Shown in pieces: positions 1-8,432 of a DNA stretch of 28,034 bases. How positions within the stretch are numbered: the first letter of the stretch is position 1; each line of letters begins with the position of its first letter. Both the position numbers and the translations under genes were made by a program. The notes below the pieces were generated by a model, which saw nothing but the letters and a program-made list of their open reading frames with translations, did not search any database and was not told the origin of the DNA. This DNA is from an uncultured Gammaproteobacteria bacterium (GTDB lineage Bacteria > Pseudomonadota > Gammaproteobacteria > JADZEE01). Location of the stretch: positions 1-28,034 of the forward strand of contig CAZSZW010000003.1 in the NCBI GenBank assembly GCA_964610595.1. Reading direction: 5' to 3'.

Positions 1-187
1 GAGCGCCCGCGAACGCCACCGCGGTCCCGGCAGTGACCAGCACGCAGGCACCGGCCAGCTTGCGCCAGCGCCTGCCGGCGGCCGGCAGCTGTGCCGGCGC
101 GAGATCGTGCAACACCTGGTCCGCGTGCTGCGGCACGCCGCCGCGCCGGGCGTCCAGATCCGCAAGCATGGCGTTGATGAGACTCAT
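1..187 (-). CDS. mshN: MSHA biogenesis protein MshN-like, N-terminal part (runs off the window's left edge)
   Basis: Not in the ORF track. ATG at 187 overlaps the mshM stop (ATGA). It reads MSLINAMLADLDARRGG...RRWRKLAGACVLVTAGTAVAFAG, the typical MshN start (MSLINxMLxDL) followed by a hydrophobic segment, and lies directly after mshM. Confidence 0.75.
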   Translation of the reverse strand, partial: MSLINAMLADLDARRGGVPQHADQVLHDLAPAQLPAAGRRWRKLAGACVLVTAGTAVAFAGA

Positions 188-1119
188 CCGGCGAGCACCG
201 GCAGGACACCGGCATGGACCAGCAGCGCGGCGAGCACCGCGCCCAGGCCCACCGATCCGGCGACCCAGCGCAGCGGCCGCCATGGGCGGCCCGCGCCGGC
301 ATCGCAGCGGCGCGCGTCGTCGGTATCGCGCACCGCCAGGCGCACGTGCGCGCGGGTCACCGCGCGATCCCCGCGCCCGAACGCACTCAGCAAGGACTTG
401 TGCGCGAGGATGTTGACCAGCCGCGGGATCCCGCCGCTGGCGCGCTGCACCGCGTCCAGGGCCCCCTCGGTGAACAGCGCCGGCCCGTCGTAGCCGGCGA
501 CCGCCAGGCGATGGCGCACGTAGTGGCCCAGGGCCGCGCGGGTCAGGGGCAGCAGCCGGTAGGAGAAGGTGATGCGCTGGCGCAGCTGGCGCACGGCCGG
601 CTGCTCGAGCAGCGCCTCGAGCTCGGGCTGGCCGAACAGCACCACCTGCAGCAGCTTGCTCTTCTCGGTCTCGAGGTTGGTCAGCAGGCGCAGGGTCTCC
701 AGGGTCGCGACCGGCATCGCCTGCACCTCGTCCAGGCACAGGACCACCCGCCGGCCCTGCCGATGGCGCGCCATCAGCCCGGCCGTCAGGCGTTTCATGA
801 AACCGTGCTGGCCCACGTCCGGCGGATAGTCGATGCCGAGCTCGTCGGCGAGCGCCAGCAGCAGGGTCGCCGGCTTCAGGTACGGGTTGGGCACGTAGGC
901 GGTCGCGAAGCCGTCGCCGAGCCGGTTGATCAGGGTGCGGCACAGGATCGTCTTGCCGGTGCCCACCTCGCCGGTGACCTTGACGAAACCCTCGCCGCTG
1001 CGCAGCGCCACCAGCAGCACGTTGAGCGCGTCCTGGTAGCCCGCCCGGCTCATGAAATAGCTGGTGTCCGGCGTGAGCGTGAACGGCAGCTCGCGCAGGC
1101 CGAAATGTTCCACGTACAT
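184..1119 (-). CDS. mshM: MSHA biogenesis AAA ATPase MshM (ExeA family)
   Basis: Start trimmed to MYVEHFGLRELPFTLTPD. Walker A GEVGTGKT, Walker B LCLDEVQ, and ExeA-type motifs LLQVVLFGQPEL, LRQRI and GGIPRLVNIL. Follows mshL. Confidence 0.9.
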   Translation of the reverse strand: MYVEHFGLRELPFTLTPDTSYFMSRAGYQDALNVLLVALRSGEGFVKVTGEVGTGKTILCRTLINRLGDGFATAYVPNPYLKPATLLLALADELGIDYPPDVGQHGFMKRLTAGLMARHRQGRRVVLCLDEVQAMPVATLETLRLLTNLETEKSKLLQVVLFGQPELEALLEQPAVRQLRQRITFSYRLLPLTRAALGHYVRHRLAVAGYDGPALFTEGALDAVQRASGGIPRLVNILAHKSLLSAFGRGDRAVTRAHVRLAVRDTDDARRCDAGAGRPWRPLRWVAGSVGLGAVLAALLVHAGVLPVLAG

Positions 1120-1141
1120 GACCGATCCTCCCGCGCACCCC

Positions 1142-2884
1142 CTACTCGGGAATGCCCCCGCTGCGCCGCTGGCGCCAGCCGCCGAGCTCCTCGCGCACGC
1201 GCTCGAGGCCCTCGTAGGCCCGATCCAGCGCCTCGGCCCACTGCCCATCGTCCTCGACCACGAGCGGGCGCAGCAGGATGACCAGCTCGCTCTTGGTCGA
1301 ACGCTCGCGCTGCTGTTTGAACAGGCCGCCGAGCAACGGCAGATCGCCGAAGCCGGGCGCCTTGGCCTGTTCGTCGTCGATCCGATCCTGCATCAAACCG
1401 CCGATCACCACGACCTGGCCGCTGCGCGCGCGCACGATGGAGTCGGCCTCGCGCACGGTGCTGCGAGCCAACGGCAGGGTCTGCACCACGTCGCTGACCG
1501 TGATCGTCTTCTGCTGGTCGACGACCTCGCTCACCGTCGGGTGGATGTGCAGCGTCACCTCGTTGTGCTCGCTGATCTGCGGCGTCACGTCGAGCGCGAT
1601 GCCGGAGAAGAACGGCGTCAACTCGACGTTGGGCGTGGAGGTGGTCGCGGTTCCGGTGATGGTGGTGGTGGACACGTCGGTGACGAAGAACTCGTCGGTC
1701 CCGACCTTGATCACCGCTTTCTGGTTGTTCATGGTGGAGATGCGCGGGCTGGAAAGCACCTGCACGTTGCCCTGCGTTTCGAGGAATTCGATGAAGGCGG
1801 AGAAATCGTTGGCATTCACCGCCAGCCCGAAAACGCCGCCGAAAGCCGACGCGAGCTGGCCGCTGATCCCGGTCTCGCCCGGCACCAGCGCCACCGGCGC
1901 CCCGGCGATGTCGGACAGGCCGCTCTGGTTGTTGAGCGTGGTGCCGCCGCCGGTCTGCAGGGCGGTGAAGTCGCCGAACACGCCCGACCAGTTGATCCCG
2001 GTCTGGAAGCTCTCGCTGAGCTCGACCTCGAGGATCTTCGCCTCCAGGATCACCTGGCGCTGGGCGATGAGCTGGGTGGCACGCAGGAAGGCCTCGACTT
2101 CGCGCAGCTCGTTGGGGATGGCGCGCACCACCACCACCCCGGACTGCGGGCTGACTACCACGCTGCGCCCCTGGCCGGTGCCGACGATCGCCTCGAGCGC
2201 CGTGCGCAGCTCCTCCCAGAAGCTGGTCTGCGGCTGCTCGGTGCTGATCTGCGTGCCCACGACGGTGCGCTGGCCGCTGCGTCCGCGGGTACGCGCGGCG
2301 CCCCCCTCGAGTTCCTCGACCCCGGATGCGCTCGGTCCCTCCTGCAGCGTTCCGGAGCTGACGAAGGTCGACGATGTGCCGCGACGGCTGACGTTCAGGT
2401 AGTTGATCTGGTAGACGCGCGCCTCGAGCCGGCTCGGCAGCACCTGGAACCCGTAGCCGGTGCGCACGAACTCGTAGCCATACACGTCTCGGGCCGCCTC
2501 GAGCACCTCGGGGATGGTCGCCGACTTGAGGTTGAGGGTGATGGTACCGGCGACCTCCGGGTGCACCACCATGTTGTAACCGGTCCCCTCGACCAGGCTG
2601 AGGAAGAACTGCTCGGCCGGCACGTTGCTCACCGCGATGTCGAAACGCTGGGTGTCGTCGATGTGCGGCAGCGACGGCACGCTCAGGCGCAGCGAGGGCA
2701 GCAGCGCGTCGGCGACCTCCTCGGGCACCGTCCCGGCTTGCGGCGCCGCGCGTGCCTCGTGCACTTCCCCGCTCATGCGCTCGAGCGTCCCGCGCCGCGG
2801 CGGCAGCTCCGCGCAGCCCGCGAGCACGGCCGCGAGCACGCACAATGCCGGACCCGCTGCCGGCTTGCGGCTTCGTGCATTCAT
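1142..2884 (-). CDS. mshL: MSHA pilus secretin MshL
   Basis: Lipobox LAGC. Secretin motifs QVILEAKILEV, GINW, VLSSPRISTMNNQKAVIKVG, PFFSGIALDVTPQI and PLLGGLFKQ...KSELVILLRP. Confidence 0.93.
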   Translation of the reverse strand: MNARSRKPAAGPALCVLAAVLAGCAELPPRRGTLERMSGEVHEARAAPQAGTVPEEVADALLPSLRLSVPSLPHIDDTQRFDIAVSNVPAEQFFLSLVEGTGYNMVVHPEVAGTITLNLKSATIPEVLEAARDVYGYEFVRTGYGFQVLPSRLEARVYQINYLNVSRRGTSSTFVSSGTLQEGPSASGVEELEGGAARTRGRSGQRTVVGTQISTEQPQTSFWEELRTALEAIVGTGQGRSVVVSPQSGVVVVRAIPNELREVEAFLRATQLIAQRQVILEAKILEVELSESFQTGINWSGVFGDFTALQTGGGTTLNNQSGLSDIAGAPVALVPGETGISGQLASAFGGVFGLAVNANDFSAFIEFLETQGNVQVLSSPRISTMNNQKAVIKVGTDEFFVTDVSTTTITGTATTSTPNVELTPFFSGIALDVTPQISEHNEVTLHIHPTVSEVVDQQKTITVSDVVQTLPLARSTVREADSIVRARSGQVVVIGGLMQDRIDDEQAKAPGFGDLPLLGGLFKQQRERSTKSELVILLRPLVVEDDGQWAEALDRAYEGLERVREELGGWRQRRSGGIPE

Positions 2885-3225
2885 TGCGTGATCGCCTTTT
2901 TCACCGCCTGGTTCACCAGGGTCAGCACGACACGGCGGCCGTCGTGCTCGATGACCACCGCCGAGGCGCGGATCTCGCGCACGGTCGCCGCGCCGATGCG
3001 CTCACCGACCTCCACGCTGCGCTCGTTGATGATCGCCCGCCGGCCATCCTCGCCGATGCGCACCCCGCGCAGCACCCAGTCGCGCGCCACCGGCTCGGCC
3101 GCCGGCACGGGGAGCGCATCCCAATCGGCCGGACGCGTGGGATCGGGCAACGGCGCCGCCGCCGACGCACCGGCCCCGGGCAGCGCGGTGGCCAGCCAGA
3201 CAGCGAATGCCCGCGCCCGGTTCAT
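2881..3225 (-). CDS. mshK: MSHA biogenesis protein MshK
   Basis: C-terminal part of the 2881..3921 ORF: MNRARAFAVWLATALPGAGASAAAPLPDPTRP...RRAIINERSVEVGERIG. It has a signal peptide and the LxDPTRP motif, overlaps both neighbours by ATGA, and sits between mshJ and mshL. Confidence 0.82.
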   Translation of the reverse strand: MNRARAFAVWLATALPGAGASAAAPLPDPTRPADWDALPVPAAEPVARDWVLRGVRIGEDGRRAIINERSVEVGERIGAATVREIRASAVVIEHDGRRVVLTLVNQAVKKAITQ

Positions 3226-3896
3226 ACCCCGATCCAGCGCCGATCCAGGCTGAGCGTGTACACCGTGATGGAGGCGATCGCCTCGGGGTAACGCTGCACC
3301 TCGAACTCGATGCCCTCCCAGAAAAAGCGCCACGGCAGCGCTTCGAGCGCGCGCAGGTAGGCGAGGGTCTCGTGATAGCCGCCGGCGAAGGTGATCCGCA
3401 CGCCGTGTTTGAACGCCCCGGGGCTGCGCGCTCCAGCCGCAGCGAGCTCCGGCTGCTCCGCGGCCGGCTCCAGCAGCGGCCGCGCGCCGAGACCGCGCAC
3501 CTCGATCACGGTCAGACCGCGGGAGCGGCTCAGCACGGACTCGAGCACCGCGGCCATCTGCCCCGCGTCGATGACATTGGCCGTGGTCTGCGCGATGCGC
3601 GCATCGATCTCGGCAATGCGTGCACGATGCCGATCGCGCAACGCACGATTGGGAGCGTCGGGATCGGCCAACCCGCGGCGGGTGATGGCCTCGGCCTGCG
3701 CAGCGAGCGCCGCGACGGCGTCGCGGCGCGCCTCGATCCCGCTGCCCGCGCGCGCCTGGGCGGCCAGCAGCGGATCCATGAGCAGCACCTGCCACAGCGC
3801 ATACAAAACGAGCACCCCGGCCGCCAGCAGCAGCACCCGCTGGCGCACGGTGAGCGCATCGATCCGGGCGAGCAGCGCGGCGACACGAACGGTCAC
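3222..3896 (-). CDS. mshJ: MSHA biogenesis protein MshJ (GspM/PilO-like)
   Basis: N-terminal TM segment (RQRVLLLAAGVLVLYALWQVLLMDP), a coiled coil, and FKHGVRITFAGGYHETLAYLRALEALPWRFFW...YP...VYTLSLDRRWIGV. Confidence 0.85.
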   Translation of the reverse strand: MTVRVAALLARIDALTVRQRVLLLAAGVLVLYALWQVLLMDPLLAAQARAGSGIEARRDAVAALAAQAEAITRRGLADPDAPNRALRDRHRARIAEIDARIAQTTANVIDAGQMAAVLESVLSRSRGLTVIEVRGLGARPLLEPAAEQPELAAAGARSPGAFKHGVRITFAGGYHETLAYLRALEALPWRFFWEGIEFEVQRYPEAIASITVYTLSLDRRWIGV

Positions 3897-4513
3897 GGCG
3901 CGGCCTCCGGCGCCGCGGCACCTTGCGTGCGCAGCGCGAACGCGACCCGGCGCGGATCGTCGGCCACCCGCTCGATGGTCAGCTCGCTGAAAACGCGGCC
4001 GGCGAACACCTCCTCGCGCGCCAGGCGCTGCACGTACGCCGGAACCCGCTCCGGGGCCAGGGCCTGGCCGACCAGGGCCAGGGCGCGACCACCATTGCCG
4101 ATGGCGAATTGCGTCAACCAGGCGCCGTCCACGACCTGTCGCGCCAGGCCCTCGAGGTAGGCCGAGAAACCGCGCGTGTTGCCGAAGGCACCGTCATCGC
4201 CGAGCGCGGCGAGCAGACGCTCCTTGTGCGCCACTTCGCGCGCCAGCGCCGTGATCTCGGCCGCCAGGCGCGTGTCGGGACGGGTCTCGGGGTACTGTTC
4301 GTGCAGGGCCTGCAGGCGCTGCACCGCCTGGGCTTCGCGCGCGGCGAGCCGGTCCAGCTCGGCGCGCAGTCCGGTCAGTCGCCACTGCCCCCAGCCGTAC
4401 ACCAGGCCCATACCGAACCCGACCAGCACCATGATCTGCACCATCGCGCGCGCCGAGAACACCGGCTTGCGGCGCCGGAACCGGGGCTGGAAGAGGTTGA
4501 CCTGCTGCTTCAT
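3893..4513 (-). CDS. mshI: MshI C-terminal-type protein (PilN domain)
   Basis: Start trimmed to MKQQVNLFQP at 4513 (ATGA overlap). One TM segment, then GFSAYLEGLARQ...WLTQFAI...GQALAPERVPAYVQRL, typical of PilN/MshI. Confidence 0.75.
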   Translation of the reverse strand: MKQQVNLFQPRFRRRKPVFSARAMVQIMVLVGFGMGLVYGWGQWRLTGLRAELDRLAAREAQAVQRLQALHEQYPETRPDTRLAAEITALAREVAHKERLLAALGDDGAFGNTRGFSAYLEGLARQVVDGAWLTQFAIGNGGRALALVGQALAPERVPAYVQRLAREEVFAGRVFSELTIERVADDPRRVAFALRTQGAAAPEAAP

Positions 4514-5463
4514 TGCAAGCGTTCCGGTACGCGCAGCGCCGCGCCGACGGCGACCAGGCACTGCGGCTGCAGTGCCGGCTCCAACGCTTCGGCCGTGTCG
4601 ATGAGGTCATTGAGGTCCAGCACCCGCGCCGGGATGCCCAGCTGGCTGCCCAGATACCCCGCCGCAGCGGCAACCGGCCCGCCATGCGGGGCGAGCACGA
4701 CACCGGCGATGGGCGGCTGCGAGAAGTGGCTGTCGTAATAATCGAGCGAACGCTGCACCTCGATCACCACCGCGTCGAGCCAGCCCTCGATCTCGGGCGA
4801 CAGCGTCTCACCCTCGAGCTGCGCCAGGCGGTCACCGCCGGTTTCGATATGGCGCGACAGATACAGGGTGGCCTGACGGGTCAGGGTGATCATGCCCTGC
4901 TCACCGGCCAGGTAGACGAAGGCCACACCACCGACGTCCTCGGGCAGCAGCGCGGTCAGGTTGCGCATCACCAGCTCGGGAATGTCGATGGCGGTCAGGC
5001 GCAGACCGGCGTCGAGCAGCTCGTCGGCGCGCCGCTGCACCGCCGCGGCGCGCGCGACCACGGCATAGACCATGCGCGGACCGCGCAGCGCACCTCCGGC
5101 GGGCGCGTCGAACACGTCGATGACCGCTTCGTCGACCGGGAAGTCGATCAGATCCCTGACCCGCCAGCGCATGGCCGCCCGCAGCTCCGCCGGCGGCACG
5201 TCGGGCGCCTCGACCAGCAGCAGGGCGTACTGGTCGAGGTCGATCACGCTGGTGCACGCCATGGTGTCGAGGCGCCGTGCGCGCACCAGGCGCGCCAAGG
5301 CCGCGGACCGATCGGCGCCTGCCTCGACGGGTGCGAACACGCACGACTCGAGCACCGGCGGGGCGCCTGCCTGGTGGCGCACCGCAGCGCCGGCGATCCC
5401 GTCCGTCGACGGGCACACCGCGGCGAGGGCATCCGCCCGCATCCTGGGCCTGAACAAGCGCAC
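4510..5463 (-). CDS. mshI: MshI N-terminal-type protein (PilM-like, actin-like fold)
   Basis: GTG start at 5463 after a GGAGAGGAG purine tract. YALLLVEAPDVPPAELRAAMRWRVRDLIDFP, AIDIPELVMRNL and VIEVQRSLDYYDSHF match MshI/PilM-like proteins. First gene of the operon. Confidence 0.75.
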   Translation of the reverse strand: MRLFRPRMRADALAAVCPSTDGIAGAAVRHQAGAPPVLESCVFAPVEAGADRSAALARLVRARRLDTMACTSVIDLDQYALLLVEAPDVPPAELRAAMRWRVRDLIDFPVDEAVIDVFDAPAGGALRGPRMVYAVVARAAAVQRRADELLDAGLRLTAIDIPELVMRNLTALLPEDVGGVAFVYLAGEQGMITLTRQATLYLSRHIETGGDRLAQLEGETLSPEIEGWLDAVVIEVQRSLDYYDSHFSQPPIAGVVLAPHGGPVAAAAGYLGSQLGIPARVLDLNDLIDTAEALEPALQPQCLVAVGAALRVPERLQ

Positions 5464-5499
5464 GCTCCTCTCCCCTGGCCCAACGCACCGCACGGCCAT

Positions 5500-5580
5500 G
5501 CGACAGCGTGGGCACAATAGTGATAATTATTCTAGGTTTTCATAGTAACCCCATAAAGTCAATGCACTTTTACCTGCTGA
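5500..5580 (-). promoter_or_regulatory. AT-rich probable promoter region of the msh operon
   Basis: Sharp AT-rich island (tgataattattctaggttttcatagtaaccccataaagtcaatgcactttta) just upstream of mshI. It contains TTGACT, TACTAT and TAGAAT on the minus strand, but no pair with a clean 16-18 bp spacing. Confidence 0.5.
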
Positions 5581-5605
5581 CCGCCGCCCGGATCGGCTCC
5601 CGTGC

Positions 5606-5633
5606 AGAAACCGCCTCGCTTCCGGGGGCGGCT
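5606..5633 (-). terminator. Possible intrinsic terminator after the Na+ channel gene
   Basis: Minus strand AGCCGCCCCCGGAAGCGAGGCGGTTTCT: a GC stem (agccgcc/ggcggtt) followed by a short, interrupted U tract. Confidence 0.35.
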
Positions 5634-5656
5634 AATGGGTGACCCCGTGCGCTGCC

Positions 5657-6472
5657 TCACCCCGTTCGATCCGCGCGGTTGAGCCGCTCGCGCAGCTCAC
5701 GCAACTCTGCGCGCAGGGCGCGCAGCTCGGCGAGCATCTCGAGGCGTTCCTTTTTGCCCTCCTCGGCACGCACCGCGGCGGCCAGGTCGGTCTCGGCGTG
5801 CATGGCGTTGACGATCACGGCGATGAACAGATTCAGCATGGTGAAGGTGGTAATCAGGATGAAAATCACGAAAAACGCCCACGCCCAAGGGTACTGCTCC
5901 ATCACCGGGCGCACGATGCCCATCGACCAGCTTTCCAGGGTCATGATCTGGAACAGGGTGTAGGCGCTCGCGCCCAGCTGGCCAAACCACTGCGGAAACG
6001 CCTCGCCGAAGAGCTTGGTCGCGATCACCGCGCCGACGTAGAACACGAGTGCGAGAATGGCGGCTACCGCGCCGAGTCCCGGCAGCGACTGCAGCAGCCC
6101 CGAGACCACGCGCCGCAGCCGCGGCATGGCGGTAATGAGCCGCAGGGCGCGCAATACGCGCAGCGCGCGCAGCACCGACAGGGCACCGGCGGCGGGCACG
6201 AGCGCGATGGCGACGACCACGGCGTCGAACACGCTCCACGGATCGCGGAAAAAGCGCAGGCGGTGGACGGCCAGGCGCGCGCCGATCTCGACGACGAAAA
6301 AGGTCAGGCAGGCGCGATCGATGCCGGTGATGAGCGGCCCGTGGCTCGCCATCAGGGCCGGCCAGGTCTCCAGTCCGAGCACCACCGCGTTGACGGTGAT
6401 GACCGTGATAACCAGTCGCTCGACCGCCGGCGCCGCCAGCAGCCGCGCGAGCGCCGCATGCGTGCCGCTCAC
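5657..6472 (-). CDS. Bacterial voltage-gated sodium channel (BacNav, NavAb/NaChBac family; ion_trans)
   Basis: Six TM segments. S4 LRALRVLRALRLI, S4-S5 linker LRRVVSGLLQSLPG, pore TLFQIMTLESWSMGIVRP, S6 FTMLNLFIAVIVNAM and a C-terminal coiled coil. GTG start overlaps the upstream stop (GTGA). Confidence 0.9.
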   Translation of the reverse strand: MSGTHAALARLLAAPAVERLVITVITVNAVVLGLETWPALMASHGPLITGIDRACLTFFVVEIGARLAVHRLRFFRDPWSVFDAVVVAIALVPAAGALSVLRALRVLRALRLITAMPRLRRVVSGLLQSLPGLGAVAAILALVFYVGAVIATKLFGEAFPQWFGQLGASAYTLFQIMTLESWSMGIVRPVMEQYPWAWAFFVIFILITTFTMLNLFIAVIVNAMHAETDLAAAVRAEEGKKERLEMLAELRALRAELRELRERLNRADRTG

Positions 6473-6726
6473 CACCCGCCGCCCGCGCCGGCCGCAGCGT
6501 CGCACGCTTCGCTAATCTCGAGCCAGCGGGTCTCGCAGCGCACGCGCTCGGCTTCGAGCGCCGCGCGGCGATTGAGCGCCTCGATGCGCTCGCGGTCGCC
6601 GCCGCCGTACAGCGCCGGACTGGCGAGCAGGCGTTCGGCCTCGGCGCTCTGTTGCGAGAGGCGGTCCAGCTCCCGCTCGGGCCCGGCGAGCTCGCGATGC
6701 ACAGTGACGTTGCGCAAGGTGATCAT
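6469..6726 (-). pseudogene. Internally deleted ABC-F ATPase (YheS/Uup-like) remnant, 85 aa, frame intact
   Basis: MITLRNVTVHR resembles the extreme N-terminus of YheS-type ABC-F proteins. It is followed directly by ELAGPERELDRLSQQSAEAERLLASPALYGGGDRERIEALNRRAALEAERVRCETRWLEISE, which resembles their C-terminal coiled coil. No Walker motifs are present. Confidence 0.6.
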
Positions 6727-6765
6727 GATCGATATCCGCGGACGAGGCTTTCGGGGCCGGCTTTT

Positions 6766-6837
6766 GGGGTCGTGCAATCCAGCATCCGATCGAGCCCATG
6801 AGCCCGGATGCCGGGGTGCACGATCTGACCCCTATTT
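6766..6837. repeat. Long imperfect palindrome (REP-like hairpin) between gpsA and the ABC-F remnant
   Basis: Minus strand AAATA GGGGTCAGA TCGTGCA CCCC GGCATCCG GGCTCATGGGCTCGAT CGGATGCT GGAT TGCACGA CCCC. Nested arms GGGG/CCCC, TCGTGCA/TGCACGA and GCATCCG/CGGATGC. Only one copy in this window. Confidence 0.55.
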
Positions 6838-6873
6838 GCGCTGCTTGATGACGGAGGTGAAGCCAAGAGCGTT

Positions 6874-7887
6874 TCACCTGACCCGAACTTCCCGGGTCGG
6901 CTCGCGTGCGAGCAGCGCCTCGACCGCTTCACGCGGCTGGCACGCGCCGCTGAGCACGCGCGCGACCTGCGCCGCGATCGGCATCTCCACGCCGAGTTGC
7001 CCGGCCAAGCTGCCGAGTTCGCGGGCGGTACCCACCCCCTCCACCGCCTGGCCGATGACCGCCAGCGCCTGCTCGAGCGTGCGCCCGCGCGCGAGCGCAA
7101 GGCCCAGGCGCCGGTTGCGCGACTGATCGTCGGTGCAGCTCAGGACCAGATCCCCCAGGCCGGCCAGACCGGTGAAGGTCTCGCCGCGCCCGCCGAGCGC
7201 CACGCCCAGGCGGGTCATCTCCGCCAGCCCGCGGGTGACCACCGCGGCACGGGTATTGGCGCCCAGACCCAGGCCGTCGGCGACCCCGGCGGCGATGGCC
7301 AGGACGTTCTTGACCGCGCCGGCCACCTCGACCCCGATCACGTCGGTGCCGCTGTACACGCGCAGCGCGCCGCCGTGCAGGCGGGCGACGAAATCGCGGG
7401 CCAGGTCCGCGTCGGCACTGGCGATCAGCGCCGCCGTGGGCTGGCCCGCGGCCACCTCGGCGGCGAAGGTGGGCCCGGACAGGACCGCGCTCGGGATCGC
7501 CTCGCCGAGTTCCTCGGCGACGATCTCGTGCACCAGGCGCCGGGTCCCGGCCTCGATCCCCTTGCAGGCCCACACCACACGCAACCGCGGGCGCCCGGAG
7601 CGGGCCACCGCGTGCAGCACCGCGCGCAGCCCGCGCAACGGTACCGCCAGAAGCAGATCGTCACACCCGGACAGCGCCACCTCGATCGCGTCGACGATCT
7701 GCAGACCGTCGGGGAAGCTCACCCCGGGCAGATAACGCCGGTTGCAGCGTTCCCGGGCCAGGCGCGCACAGTGCTCGGCCTGGTGGCCCCACAGGCGGGT
7801 CGGCTGGCCGTTGCGCGCGAGCTGCACGGCAAGGGCCGTTCCCCACGACCCGGCTCCGGCCACCGTGACCGGCGACGGGACGCTCAT
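6874..7887 (-). CDS. gpsA: NAD(P)H-dependent glycerol-3-phosphate dehydrogenase
   Basis: Start MSVPSPVTVAGAGSWGTALA at 7887. Motifs WACKG, LSGPTFAAEV, GAVKNVLAIAAG, GLAGLGDLVLSCTDDQSRNRRLG and AVEG. Immediately downstream of secB. Confidence 0.95.
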   Translation of the reverse strand: MSVPSPVTVAGAGSWGTALAVQLARNGQPTRLWGHQAEHCARLARERCNRRYLPGVSFPDGLQIVDAIEVALSGCDDLLLAVPLRGLRAVLHAVARSGRPRLRVVWACKGIEAGTRRLVHEIVAEELGEAIPSAVLSGPTFAAEVAAGQPTAALIASADADLARDFVARLHGGALRVYSGTDVIGVEVAGAVKNVLAIAAGVADGLGLGANTRAAVVTRGLAEMTRLGVALGGRGETFTGLAGLGDLVLSCTDDQSRNRRLGLALARGRTLEQALAVIGQAVEGVGTARELGSLAGQLGVEMPIAAQVARVLSGACQPREAVEALLAREPTREVRVR

Positions 7888-7889
7888 TA

Positions 7890-8399
7890 TCAATGGGTGG
7901 CGCCGCCTTGCGCCCCGGAATCGCCCTGCTGCTGGCGGCGGCGCAGCTCCTGCGCGTACAGGTGCTCGAAATTGACCGGGGCCAGCAGCAGCTGCGGGAA
8001 TCCCCCGCGCGTCACCACGTCGCACACCGCCTCGCGCGCGAAGGGAAACAGGACGTTCGGGCACACCGTAGCCACCAGGATCTGGAATTGCTCCTGGGCG
8101 AACCCGGTGATGTTGAACAATCCGGCCTGCTGCACCTCCGCGAGGTACGCGGTGCGCTCCTCGAAGCGCACGGTGACGGTCACCGTGAGCACCACCTCGT
8201 GCAGGTCGTCCTGCACCGGGGCGGTCTGGCTGGCCATCTGCACGTCGATCTGCGGCTTCCACTGCTCGAGGAAGATCTGCGGCGCGTTCGGGGCCTCGAA
8301 GGACATGTCCTTCACATAGACCTTCTGGATCGTGAGGTTGCCGCTGCGGCCCTGGCCGGTCGTTTCGGCGGCCGGGGAATCGGGGGTCTCGTCTGCCAT
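7890..8399 (-). CDS. secB: Protein-export chaperone SecB
   Basis: IQKVYVKDMSFEAPNAP, EVQQAGLF, CPNVLFPFAREAV and GGFPQLLLAPVNFEHLY. Confidence 0.96.
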   Translation of the reverse strand: MADETPDSPAAETTGQGRSGNLTIQKVYVKDMSFEAPNAPQIFLEQWKPQIDVQMASQTAPVQDDLHEVVLTVTVTVRFEERTAYLAEVQQAGLFNITGFAQEQFQILVATVCPNVLFPFAREAVCDVVTRGGFPQLLLAPVNFEHLYAQELRRRQQQGDSGAQGGATH

Positions 8400-8432
8400 G
8401 TGCGTCCTTCGTCCGCGCCCGGTCCGGGCCTG

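Noticed and set aside
5526-5533. A further ATTATTCT in the msh upstream region
   Set aside because: Single copy with no N5-GTA partner and no 20-bp repeat; likely chance in AT-rich DNA.
6855-6879. Hairpin AGGTGAAGC...TTCACCT over the gpsA stop
   Set aside because: The stem is real, but no U tract follows on the coding strand, so it is not called a terminator.
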